Assembly (NCBI RefSeq): GCF_000315625.1 | Contig: NW_005434501.1 | Location: forward strand, 1-62,232 | Direction: 5' to 3' | Length of the DNA stretch: 62,232 nucleotides | Source: Guillardia theta CCMP2712 | Lineage: Eukaryota > Protista > Cryptophyta | Shown here: one piece after another, positions 50,331 through 62,232 of the stretch | Position numbering within the stretch: the first letter of the stretch is position 1 | How the letters are laid out: each line of letters begins with the position of its first letter | Program-made: the position numbers and the translations under genes | Notes under the pieces: model-generated | Told to the model about the DNA's origin: nothing | Database searches by the model: none | What the model saw: the letters and a program-made list of their open reading frames with translations, nothing else

Positions 50331-51281
50331 GATTCAGGACTGACTCAAATTGATCATAATTCAATTGTTTCACCTAAATTTCGAAAACTAAGAGTCAATT
50401 TCGACCTGGGGTCTCAAACCAACATGGGACCACCCCTGCTGAAACACAACCCCCACCCCTCTTTTATAGGGTAGCCCGACTACTTGACCCCAACTCTCAA
50501 CCTTTCGACCCCTTGATACTATTGTACTACCACCCTACCCCCAAGGAGTCAATGATCCGCTTGGGAACCCGGTGTCGATTATACCCCACCCCACCCTTAG
50601 AGTTTGAAAATGGTCATTCGATAGCAATATTTTACCCCACCTGGACATGACAAACCCACCCCACCCCATATCATTCACCATGTTGTTCCCGTACTGCAAT
50701 GGTCCCCGCTGTCCCACTGAGTAGTAGCTCAGGAAAACGCAGCACTGATGAGAGAAGAACAGCATCATTTCGATGATACTTTTCCTTTCCCAATCCCCTC
50801 CTTCCTCCTCCCCCCCACTCTCTCTCCCTCCACCTCCCTCCCTCTCATTCCTCCTGACTGCTCCTGCGTGCAGGCTCACCAAACCTGCTCCTTGCGTTTC
50901 CATTTTTTCCTCACATATGAGCAAATTTTCTTGATTTTGTAAACTCCATCCTATACTCAGTCCAATCAGATTTTCAACACTGATCTTGAGTGTGATTCAT
51001 CGCCTGTCATTCAAAGAGTAAAATTTTTGAGACCTTTTTTCAGAGCTCCTCAACCATGTTCTTTTCAGTTTTCCACAGCTCTAGTCGTTTCCTTCACTGT
51101 TCCTCATGATTTGAGTTGCAATCACATCATGCATAAGATTTCTATCATTGTTTTATGGAATTTTTTAGCTATGAAATCCATTCAGTTCATACGTAAACCT
51201 GATAACCATGTTCAAAAAAAATCTCTAGACATTTTTCATCAGTTGCTGCATGTTTGGTTGTTGAATTGCACTCGGCTCTGA

Positions 51282-52072
51282 ATGAGCACATTTGATGTTG
51301 AGCACAAGTCTGATTTTGAACGAAAATGCAAATCATTGATTTCTGACGAACATGTTTCAGATTGAAGCCACCGTTGCAGCAGATGACTTATACAAAATAC
51401 TCGTTTGGTTGCTCTGAGATGTTCCTTACATGAGTTTTCTAAACAAGAACAGCGGATACGCATGGACCAGAAGTGGATGAAGATTCATAATATCGTCAAG
51501 TTTCTTGAGTAGTGCCCCAACAAACCAAACTCTCTTGCTACCCCTATCGTTCGATGCCAAAGAAAGCGTGGCAGCTTAAGGGCAAAGAGGATTGTTTGAC
51601 CAGCCCTTCGATCACCACAGCATCAGAACACCTTTCGGCAAGGTCATACTCCTTTTCCGACTATGGATCATCTCAAGAGACAAAAATGAAAACAAAAAAC
51701 TGGGAAAGAAATTGGGATGCAATATCAGACTCAGAATCAGAGTCTGAGGGGTCAACAGAGGTAACTTTCAGCTCGAAGCCAAAAGTTTTGACAGTCACTC
51801 CGTTGATCACGCCAAATTTGGGATCTGAGATTTCAAAGCACTTTGATGCGGACAATTTTGATTTGCACGTCTACTCTTTGACCTGCAACGCGCAAAATTT
51901 TGTCAGTAACATCTTATCTTCAGTGGACAACGTGTGCAAAACTGTGCCGTTCAGCGGCGCATCAAGCGAATCTGCACAAAATAACACAGAGACAATGTTT
52001 TCGGATAGCGACAACTTCAGAAGAACTTCACCATCGTCAGAGCACATGCTGTACTACAGAGAAGATTTATAA
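51282..52072 (+). CDS. Hypothetical Ser-rich protein; 5' exons uncertain
   Basis: 186-codon ORF 51512-52072 with possible short upstream exons. Confidence 0.45.
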
Positions 52073-52198
52073 TGAATGAAGGAAAGTATCAAAAAACGGA
52101 AATGCTTGCGACTCTATTTGAAGTGATCATTGTAATCAGACAATGTAACAAATATAATATACCAAGACTGCTCAAAGTCTACCAATCACTTGATGAGT

Positions 52199-53193
52199 TC
52201 ACTTGGTGGTCAAGTACTTGAGCATGGTGTCGGCATCGGAAACCTCGAAGGGGTCAGGTCCAGAGTTCTGAACAATTGCGCCTCCTTCGATGAAGATCTT
52301 CTCGATCTTCATGTCCTTAACGACCATGCTGTACCTCCATGAGCGCTCTCCGAATCCTCTCTCGCTGTCCCAAGTGCAGCTCATGCCCATCCCACGAGTG
52401 AACAAGCAGGCGCCATCAGGAAGAAGCTTGACCTTCTTGAAGTTTCCAGGGTTCAACGGGTTGGAGGCGTCCTTGGACTCCTCCTCGCACCCCTGCTTCA
52501 AACCCCACTGGCGCATTACAAAGGCATCATTGACAGAGAGGCAGTAGATATCATCGACGCCAGCAGCCTTGATCGCTTCGTAGTGCTTCTCGTATCCCGG
52601 CAAGTGGGTGGAGGAGCAGGTTGGGGTGAAGGCTCCGGGAAGAGCGAAGATTACAACGCGCTTGCCCTTGCAGAGGTCCTCGGTCTTGACATCCTTCCAG
52701 GTGAAGGGATTCTCTCCTCCGATGGATTCGTCGCGGACGCGGCACTTAAAAGTGACCTAGATCTTAATGTCATATGCTTTGTAAACAAGAATTCCTCAAA
52801 CGAGACTTCCTCAGACAAGACTTCCATAGAACAAACTAGCCTCATCAGTCTGATTATTGAACTGACTGTGCTGAAACAGCTATCAAGCCTCACTATCAAC
52901 TCTCTGGGCATCAACACATCAAAGGACACCCTTGGCAGTGAAGAAGCTTCAAATCCAAAGAAGATAAGCCAATATTCCATGCATGCACATTACACCAAAC
53001 TTTCACCATGATCACTCAAGTCTGAGCTAGACAAACATTCTTTGCTGATCAAGCAAGCACTTGCTAACACTTCCGTGGAGTCCGATTCATCATACTTGTC
53101 CGACCATCCTCAAACATTCTCTACTCAAAGACATTCTTCACAACCTCCTCGTCATCTCACCGATGGAACGCTGTCTCCCTCCTTGAGCGGCAT
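52199..53193 (-). CDS. Peroxiredoxin, Prx5/type II subfamily
   Basis: Exon 1 MPLKEGDSVPS, intron 52757-53160, then VVIFALPGAFTPTCSSTHLPGY, CLSVNDAFVM, GFGERSWRY. Confidence 0.96.
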
Positions 53194-53226
53194 GCTGATT
53201 TCTGCTTGCCGCGGCAGTGTATTGCC

Positions 53227-53233
53227 TTTATAA
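53227..53233 (-). promoter_or_regulatory. Putative TATA box of the peroxiredoxin gene
   Basis: TTATAAA on the minus strand about 35 nt upstream of the ATG. Confidence 0.55.
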
Positions 53234-53544
53234 GGGCTCGACGGGGCAGGGAAGGGTGTACAGAGAATTGAGGGGTGGGGTGATACATCATGGAAGATTC
53301 AGGGGTGGGTCATCAGATGCAATGGTGGGTTATTTTGGGAGATTATAGGGGGTAAAATAGAAAGGAAGGTAGGGTTCGAGAGGGTTCAGCTCAGGTGGTA
53401 AGGGGGTAGGGTGGTTGCGGGGTAGTTAAATAATTGAATAGTAAGTAAAGTTTGTTATGGTTTTGATTTATTAAATAAATATTTCATAGTAGCACACGGG
53501 GTGTCATCGTTCTAGAAGGCTTTGCAGAACTTTGAACTACTGGC

Positions 53545-54000
53545 ATGGTTCTGCTTGGCGGTTATACGGTTATGATACCGATGGATCCGGTGGATTCAAC
53601 GGGCCGACCGTACGTTACACGCCGCGGCCGCGGTGCTCCGGGCGGCCCCGCCACCGTACGGTACGCTTCAAGGAGTCCAGTCACAGTTACTAAGGCTAGT
53701 AACACCGTCACGGTTGAATCCGACAAACGCTGAACCCCCAGTGGCCCCCGGCCGGCACTGATCCGATTATCCAGTGAAGAGTCAGACTGTGAAACTTGCT
53801 TCAAGTGGCACCTCAGGCTGGCCGGGCAGTCCAAGTCAAGTCCGATCAACTGACTCCACTACCAGTGACGGTCGCCGGGCGGAGTCCGTCCGGAGTTCGG
53901 CCGCGCCGGGCGAGCCGGCGGCGGCGCAGACTCTGGTGACGCCGGTCACGGTGACCGGGGCCCGGCGGCGGCGGGCGGCCCCCGACGGTGTGACTAGAAA
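53545..54000. promoter_or_regulatory. CCGG-rich intergenic island between divergent genes
   Basis: CCGG/GTCAC-rich; contains GTTACTAAGG at 53686. Confidence 0.5.
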
Positions 54001-54514
54001 CTTTAGTTAACATTTGGTTGCACCTCCATGTTGCAGTCACAAAATGCAATGCCATACAAATGCGCGAGTGGAAGCGAAGGAGAAGAAGAGGAGGAAGAGG
54101 AGGAGGAGAAAAGGAGGAAGCGAAGGAGAAGGAAGAGGAGGAAGAGAAGGAGAAGAAGAGGAGGAAGCAAACCGGGAGGAAAAGCATGCCATGAAGAGCA
54201 GAATGGGCAGGAGGATATGATCAGAAGCAAAGAGTCAGTTAAGGTACCCAAGGGGTTGAGGAAGATAGCATGAAGCAAGGCATAGGAATGTTATGCAGCA
54301 ATTTGATCGTATGATGCAAGTAGGTACAGGGCAAGATAATATGCTGGGTGACATTGTTATGCGTCTCTTGTTGGAATGAGAGGGCCCGAGAGACGTGGTT
54401 GTACTGCGAGAACTTTGTTGGTGTGTATTGCTCGATGGATAGTATTTGCAAGGAAATTTTCGTTTGTTCGCTAGAACTGAGCTGAAAACTGACATGTTTC
54501 ATATCAGTCTCAGT

Positions 54515-57500
54515 ATGTCGAGGTTTGCTCCTCTTCTTCGAACGAGCTGGAGGCTGGCAAGGAGCTGCGGTCGCGCTTCCCGTTCGTTCGCTTCCTCCCC
54601 CGACATCGCAGTCCATCCCAACATCGGCAGGGTGAAGACCATGTCTCCACCAGGATCGACGTTTGTTGATTACAGTGGTGTTTCAGTTTTCCTCGGAACT
54701 TGATCTTCAGTTCATCAGCAGATTTGATGAGCCTTTCTTGACATTCCGGGTCTGTTGCAACAACACAGTTTCGTGGATATCTGACGATAGTCAAAGGTGA
54801 TGGACGAGAACGGGAATATCCTCGATCCCTCTCTTGAACCAGGTCCGAGTGATCCCATGATGTGAAGGGCTCTGATAGTTCTCGTGTTGCACAGATGTCT
54901 CAAAGGAGAAATGTCAGGTGAAGAGAGGCAAGAAGGGGAACTGTTGAGTGTTGTTGACAATGTTCATCTACGTTTTCCCGATCATAGAGAATGTACAAGA
55001 CGATGGTGATGCTGCTGCCTGTTGAGTGCTGCATCTGACGTGCTGTTTCAGGTTGAGTTGAATGTGACTGACTCTATCCTCTACCAAGCACAAAGACAAG
55101 TGCACCAGAAGTTTGTCGCTTGTCCTTAACGATTCACCTTCAATGCAGGGACGACTGAGTTTCTATATGACCAACTATGGGGAAGAGGTAGTGTTTTCAT
55201 ATTGTTTCACCGGATTGAGCATGACAAGGATTGTTCTGCTTTCCCCTTTCTCTCATTCCCCGTCCTCCTGCTCGCCTCCTCTGCTGTTCTCACCCTGTCA
55301 TTCAGGCTACTCACATAGGAAGCGCAGCTGCTCTTGAAGACGAGGATGTCGTTTTTGGACAATATCGCGAGGCTGGAGTGAGTAGGGGAGAGGAAAGAAT
55401 TCGTTGAAGTGAGGAGAGGGGAAGGGGCAATGCAGCACGGAGAATGGAAGAGGAGGAAGGAGGGTGGGGGAGAGGAGAGGGAAGGATGGAAGGAGAGAGG
55501 GGAGGAGTAAGAGATGTTGAGATGATGCAGGTGCTTCTTTGGCGAGGGTACAGCATGCAGGAGATGTGCGACCAGTGCGTTGGGAACAGAGACGACTCCA
55601 ACAAAGGGAGGATGGTGAGAAAGAAAGACAACAGAGCATGGAGCGAGGAGAGGAGAGGAGAGGAGAGGAGAGGAGGGGAACAAAGAGAGGGTTGATAGGA
55701 TGAGAATCGTTCTGAACCTGACAGAAGTTTCAGATGCCCGTCCACTACGGGAGCAAGAGACACAACTTTCACACCATCTCCTCTCCTCTCGCGACGCAGC
55801 TCCCGCAGGTCGATGCGGACCAGTCCCTGCTCTTGACCTGCCTTCCTCCTCCCCTGCTCACCCTCTCCTCCTCCAGGCAGCAGGTGCTGCATACGCCATG
55901 AAGCTCCAAGGACGGCAAGCCTGTGTCGTCTGCTACTTCGGAGATGGTGAAATATCCATGAGTGCTACCCCTCTTTCCCGTCCTTGTCCTGCCTGTCTTG
56001 CTACCATTCCTACCCTATCCAGCAACTGTCATCGTCTATCCTCCTCTCGTGCTGCTCGAGCAGCTGCTTGCTTCAGCTCGTCAACCATCCCCTTCCTCGC
56101 TCCTCATCTCCTCGTGCCTGACGCGCGCCCAGGAGCTGCAAGCGAGGGCGACTTTCATGGTGCTCTCAACTTCGCGTCCACCCTCGACTGTCCGGTGAGA
56201 GCAGGAGAAGCGAAGGCGCAGAGAGGAGGAGGAAAGACGAAAGACGAAAGAGGAAAGAAGAACCGAACGGAAAAGCTCAACAAGGAGAGACTATAGAAGG
56301 GATGGGACGTGAGAGGTCGCAATTAAGTGAACAGTGAGAATGCGCAAGTGTTTGCAAGAGGAGCAGCAGGAGCGGGAGCAGGAGGTGTTGGTGGAGGAGG
56401 ATGTTCAGGTGGAGGTGGAGGTGGAGGTGGAGGTGGAGGCGTTAAAGGAGGAGGGAGAAGGGAGGAGGGGGGAGGGAGGAGGAGGGAATGAGAAGGGATG
56501 CAGGTCATCTTCTTCTGCCGCAACAACGGCTACGCTATCTCTACCCCCATCCGCGAGCAGTACAGAGGCGACGGGATAGCAGTGAGGGGAGTGAGCTACA
56601 ATATTCGGGTAACCCAATCATCCTCCCTCCCTTCCTCCTCCCTCCCCTCTTTCTCCTCAATTACTTCCTCCTCGTTCCCTCCTCCTTTCATGTACTCCTT
56701 CGTTGATTTCTTCTTTCTGTTCCTCCCCTCGCCTTCTCACTCCATCTCCTCCGCTTGCCCTCCTCCGCTAATCCTCTTCCTCCTTTTCGCGTTCTCACTC
56801 CTTCGCAGACTGCGAGATGCGACGGCAACGACGTCTGGGCCGTCCACAAGATCATGGATGAGGTGAAGCTCGATAGGAGAGAAAGGAGAGGAGAGGAGCA
56901 GGAAGAGGAGCAGGAAGAGGAGCAGGAGGGGAGGGGGGAGAAGGAGGAGGGGAAGGAGAAGGAGGATGGTGATGAGGTTCAGGCGAGGAAGATAGCAATC
57001 TCGCAGAAAGTTCCCGTCCTCATCGAAGCCATGACCTACAGGTTAGTCGCTCCTCCTTCCCTTCGACCCCACCCTCCTTGTCTCTCCTTGCCTTCTCGTC
57101 CCCCTCCTCCTCCTCCTCTTTGTTTCTTATCTTTGCTTCTAGAGGAGGGAATCACTCAACCTCTGACGACGCTTCGCGATATCGGGGAAACGATGAAGTC
57201 TCGAGCTGGTGAGACAACCATTCGCTCCTGCTCCTCCTGCTCCTCCTCCTGCTCCTCCTCCTCCTCCTCCTGCTCCTCCTCCTGCTCCTGCTCCTCCTGC
57301 TCCTCCTCCTCCTCCTCCTCCTCCTCCTCCTCCTCCTCCTCCTCCTCCTCCTCCTCCTCCTCCTCCTCCTCCTCCTGTTGCTGCAGCGCCTGCTTCTTCA
57401 CTGTAGTTTCCTTTGTCCCTGCACCTCCTCCTCCTGATGCGATAGCAGGAAACTCTCAAACAATCCCTTAGCGCGCATGCGCATGTTCATGGAGAAGAAG

Positions 57501-58679
57501 AACTGGTGGGACGATCAGCAGGAGACAGGTAGATGAGAAATCGGTTTCCTCCTTCTCAATCGTCGATGTTATTATCATTATGTGCTTCTCCTCCTCCTCC
57601 TCCTCCTCCTCCTCCTCCTCCTCCTTCTCCATTCAACTTCTACGTCTAACTTTTCTTTTAGCGCTGAGAGAATCTGCACGCACTGCCATCGTACAAGTGT
57701 GCAACTTCTCCTTCTCTCTTCTCCTCTCACTCCTCCTCTTCTTTCCTCCTCCTCTTCATTCCTGCTTCTCTCCTCTCTTGTCTTCTCTTCACTCCTTCTC
57801 TCTTCCGTTCATTGTCATCGCAACTCATACTCGTACAACAACTNNNNNNNNNNNNNNNNNNNNNNNNNNNNNNNNNNNNNNNNNNNNNNNNNNNNNNNNN
57901 NNNNNNNNNNNNNNNNNNNNNNNNNNNNNNNNNNNNNNNNNNNNNNNNNNNNNNNNNNNNNNNNNNNNNNNNNNNNNNNNNNNNNNNNNNNNNNNNNNNN
58001 NNNNNNNNNNNNNNNNNNNNNNNNNNNNNNNNNNNNNNNNNNNNNNNNNNNNNNNNNNNNNNNNNNNNNNNNNNNNNNNNNNNNNNNNNNNNNNNNNNNN
58101 NNNNNNNNNNNNNNNNNNNNNNNNNNNNNNNNNNNNNNNNNNNNNNNNNNNNNNNNNNNNNNNNNNNNNNNNNNNNNNNNNNNNNNNNNNNNNNNNNNNN
58201 NNNNNNNNNNNNNNNNNNNNNNNNNNNNNNNNNNNNNNNNNNNNNNNNNNNNNNNNNNNNNNNNNNNNNNNNNNNNNNNNNNNNNNNNNNNNNNNNNNNN
58301 NNNNNNNNNNNNNNNNNNNNNNNNNNNNNNNNNNNNNNNNNNNNNNNNNNNNNNNNNNNNNNNNNNNNNNNNNNNNNNNNNNNNNNNNNNNNNNNNNNNN
58401 NNNNNNNNNNNNNNNNNNNNNNNNNNTTCCCCTCCTTCCCTCCCTCCCCTCCCTCCCCTCCCTCCCCTCCCCTCCCTCCCTCCCCCCCCCCCCCCCTCCC
58501 TCCCTCCCTCCCACTCCTCCGTCTCCTCCTTCTTTTCCTTACCACCACAAGGTCCCTGCGAGCTTGAAGGAGCAGGAGGAGACGCTGCTGGAGCATCTCA
58601 AGGTTCGTGCGGAGGAGGAGAGCAGGCCGCTGAAGGCGTGAGGCAGGAGTTTGGATCTCATTACCCCACTGTGAACTGA
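54515..58679 (+). CDS. BCKDHA: Branched-chain 2-oxo acid dehydrogenase E1 alpha subunit, mitochondrial (spliced, spans gap)
   Basis: [89 protein letters not shown]; R/S-rich presequence. Confidence 0.97.
57844..58426. other. Assembly gap
   Basis: Run of N inside BCKDHA. Confidence 1.
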
Positions 58680-58958
58680 GGAGAGAAGCAGAGCAGAGAT
58701 GAGCAGAGCAGAGATGAGCAGAGCAGAGCAGAGCAGAGCAGAGCAGAGCAGAGCAGAGGAGGGGAGGAGGAATTGAACATCGAAAGGCTCTCGCTGGTAG
58801 TTTGATGTTGTAAAACAATAAGAAACAAGAAAACAGGAAACAATAATTTCCAAACTCCAACTCCATCACCTCCTTCCTCCTTCGATCTCCTCCCCTCCTT
58901 GACCACATCTCCTCCTCCTCCTCCTCCTCCTCCTTCTACTACTACTCTTTCTCCTTCC

Positions 58959-61900
58959 CTACTCAGGGTCCTCGATCGGAGTTGCGTCATACCATAACAA
59001 GTATGCGGCCCCTCCTGCAGGAGCAAAGGAAGTCAGACAAGGAATAGAGGGAAGAGCAGAGGGAGAGACCCGAGGAGGAGGAGACAGGACAGGACAGGAC
59101 AGGACAGGACAGGACAGGACAGGACAGGACAGGACAGGACAGGACAGGACAGGACAGGACAAAATCGGTTGGGAGAACAATGATGGACAAAGAAGGAAGC
59201 AAATTAAGGGAATAAATCAGGAAAGCAGCGGCAGCGGCAGCAGCAGCGGCAGCGGCAGCAGCAGCGGCAGCGGCAGCAGCAGCGGCAGCGGCAGCAGCAG
59301 CGGCAGCGGCAGCAGCAGCGGCAGCAGCGGCAGCGGCAGCAGGAGGAGGAGGAGCTACCGATGCTGTAGATCATGGCTGTGGTGAGGAAGACAAGGGGCC
59401 AGGAGGAAGTCTCGTCGAGGATCCTGCCAGTCGCATACACGCCTGAAGGAGGTGAGACATGGAGGATGAGCAGAGGGAAGGAGCGGGAGGGGAAGTAAGA
59501 GGAGGACGGGGAGGGGATGGAGCAGAAGCACAAGGTCATGGTAGTTGCGTATGAGGAGCAGAAGGTGGTGGTGGAGTAGCGGGAGAAGGAGTGGGACAAG
59601 GAGTGGGACAAGGAGGAGGAGGAGGAGGAGGAGGAGGAGGAGGGAAGTTATCACCAGCTGCGCCTGCCATGGAGCAGAAGAAAGTCGTGACTCCGTAAAG
59701 AAATCCGCTATAGCTGGGAACCATTGAGAGCGAGGAGAGGAGAGCAGAGGAGGGGAGAGGAGAGGAGACTAGACGAGAGACAAGAGGAGAGAGGAGAGGA
59801 CACGAAAAGAGCAGAGCCGAGCCGAGCATGGAAGAGAAGAGAAGAGAAGAGAAGAGAAGAGAGGGATAGGACGTTTGTTGAACGTCACCGAGTGCTGAGG
59901 TCCTGTAAAGATGCTGCAAAGCCTCCTGCTGAAGCTCCTCCTGTACCCACATAAGGAATCCTCCTCCTCCTCCTCCTCCTCTTCCTCCTCCTTCTCCTCC
60001 TCCTCCTGTTCCTCCTCCTCTTACTCCTCCTTGTGCTCCTCTTGCTCCTCCTCCTGCTCCTCCTCTTCGCTTTTCCTGCCCCCCTTCTTGTCCTTCTCCC
60101 TCCCCTCGTGTCTCCTCCTCTCTGCTCTTCTACCTAGTGAGACGGAGGCGACGAAAAGAGCAGAGGAGATCTCGGGAGCCTGAAGGAGAAACACGGTAAG
60201 AGAAGAGCTGAAACTCAGTTGAAGGAAGGAACTGAAAGCAGGGCAGGGCAGGGCAGGGCAGGGCAGGGCAGGGCAGGGCATGGCAGGGCAGGGCAGGGCA
60301 GGGCAGGGCAGGGCAGGGCAGGGCAGGGCATGGCAGGGCAGGGCATGGCAGGGCAGGGCAGGGCAGGGCATGGCAGGGCAGGGCAGAGCAGGGCAGGGCA
60401 GGGCAGGGCAGGGCAGGGCAGAGCAGGGCAGGGCCGAGCAGAGGGCAGGGCAGGGCTGGGCAGGGCAGGGCAGGGGTAGGGCAGGGCCGAGCAGGGCAGG
60501 GCAGGGCAGGGCAGGGGTAGAGGGGGAAAGGGAATCACATTGTCTGTGCCATAAATCGCCAATCCCGTCATGCAGAGCGAGGGACCAAAACTTGCGATAC
60601 CCTGAACAAGTCGAATCAAGAGAGTTTTCAGCCGCAGTTTGGTGTTCCGTTAGTCAGCAGCAGCAGCGAAAGCAGGAGGAGGAGAACCTGAAAGATCTTG
60701 CGGGCTTGGACAAGTTCTACTCCTTGCTGAGTGACTGATGTATCAGAGGAAATTCGGAGGAGACTGAAGTAGAAGAAGAGGAAGCGAAAGAGAGAGAGAG
60801 AGGAGAGAGGAGGAGAGAGGATATGAGATAAGTGGTATGATAGGGCTCACGGAAATCATTTTGTCTGCTCCCCAGCCTGACGCCAAGCTCGTAACAGCAC
60901 CAGCGAGGTAGGGAAGGACGCTGCAGGCAGAGGCAACCGGACGGAGAGGAGAAAGAGGGAGTGAGTAAAGAAGAAGGCAGGAAGAGGAGGAGGAGGAGGA
61001 GGAGCAGCAGCAGCAGCAGGTGGTGGTAGTGGTGGAAGAAGAGGAGGAGGAGGAGGTTTGTGCCTGTATAGCGAAGATTTACTCAAATCCATGTGATAGT
61101 TCTGTTCATAGCAAGAGTTAGAGGAGGAGGAGAGGCGGAGCAAGACGACAACAAAAATGAGAGAAAGAGTGGAAGGACAAGAAAGAAGAAGAAGAAGAAG
61201 AAAAGACAGGGCCAGGAGAAGGAGCGAGAGAAGACGGCAGAGAGAAGAGAGAAGACGGCAGAGAGAAGAGAGCAGAGAGCAGGAGAAGAACCTGGGAGAA
61301 GAAAGAAGGCAGCCAAGCAAGAGCCACGTAGAGCCCCCAGTTGTTGGCCGCATGTGCTGCTGCTGTAGACCACAGAGACTGGAGAGAAATCAAATCAAGA
61401 CAGCAGCAGCAGCAGCAGCAGCAAACAAGGAGAAGAAGCTGCAAACGAAGAGAAGGAGGAGAAAAATATCGTGGCGGTAGTGATGGTGTTAAGGGAGGAG
61501 GAGGAGGAGGAGGAGGAGCAGCAGCAGCAGCAGCAGACTCACTTTGCTCGTCCTGACTTGCCTCCAGGGCAATTTGGTGGAGGGTTCAAATGTCTCCTTG
61601 CTCCTTTCCGTCTCGAGCTCCCCCTTCACTCCGCTGACTTGTTCGCTGCTCATGTATACGGGAGGAGAGTCCTTGGAGATGGACAGCCAGAACAGAAGCC
61701 AGACAAAGCCGAACGACCCGAAGGTCGTGAAGACTTGTTGCCAGCTGTGAAGAAGGTGAGAGAGCAGGGAGAGGAGCAGGAGCAGGAGCAGGAGCAAGAA
61801 CAGCAGCAGCAGCAGCAGCAAAGAACAGCAGCAGCAGGAGGGGGGGGGGAAGGAGAATAAGGAGAGGAGGGAAGGGCAAGAACCAGCGGAAGCGGGAGGG

Positions 61901-62232
61901 CAAGGATGAGCGAAGAAGCGAGAGGAGATGGTCAATGAAGAGGGATGGAAGGGGAGGCTGTGTGAGAGAGAAAACAACATGGTCATCAAATCGTCGCATG
62001 CAGACTGATAATCATGGTAGATATCATCATCATCTCCATCATCATTTCCATCATCATCTCCATCATCATCATCATCATCATCATCTTGTTCTTCATCTTG
62101 TTCTTCTTCTTCCTTTTCCAAGGCATCTATCCTTTCTCACCCTTGCTCGCTTACAATCTTCGGAGCAGCCACAAGCGCTGTAATAGTTCCAACCTGATAT
62201 GAAAATTAGATGAACCAAATTCTACTTTATTT
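58959..62232 (-). CDS. MFS anion:cation symporter (SLC17/PHT4-like), 5' part outside the window
   Basis: WQQVFTTFGSFGFVWLLFW, AHAANNWGLYVALAWLPSFF, YSGFLYGVT, GVYATGRILDETSSWPLVF. Confidence 0.88.
60237..60515. repeat. (GGGCA)n intronic microsatellite
   Basis: About 50 pentamers; other pentamer arrays at 38275 (CCCAT), 58687 (AGAGC) and 59082 (GGACA). Confidence 0.95.

Noticed and set aside
1-62232. Nucleomorph, organellar or prokaryotic origin; rRNA and tRNA genes
   Set aside because: Intron-rich, GC-balanced genes with targeting peptides and no subtelomeric rDNA indicate a host nuclear chromosome; no RNA gene was recognisable by eye

Overview
Left end of a eukaryotic nuclear chromosome. 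It starts with a plant-type (CCCTAAA)n telomere, has about 1 kb of mosaic subtelomere, then about 20 densely packed spliced genes. A signal peptide + AxA-F transit peptide on chlM, TTTAGGG telomeres and 45-55 nt introns point to an alga with a secondary red plastid, most likely a cryptophyte (Guillardia/Hanusia-like; inference). Recognisable genes: DPH2, chlM, SAP-domain Tho1/SARNP, an MhpD-like FAH hydratase, an ankyrin protein, a 77-aa mitochondrial single-TM protein, an EH + alpha-kinase fusion, a winged-helix + WD40 protein, PP2C, ATG16L, a membrane-anchored collagen-like protein, Prx5, BCKDH E1 alpha and a partial SLC17/PHT4 transporter. A Ty1/copia RNase H remnant is also present. Best leads: (1) a recurring intergenic architecture of CCGG-rich island, AT spacer and GGGT/ACCC tract, marked by a conserved TTACTCA/TTACTAA motif that also forms the subtelomeric satellite; (2) a likely GA-AG intron in chlM; (3) a gene fragment trapped between telomeric arrays; (4) two unusual domain fusions. 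Gene models were spliced by eye, so coordinates are gene spans and some ends are approximate. There are two assembly gaps.
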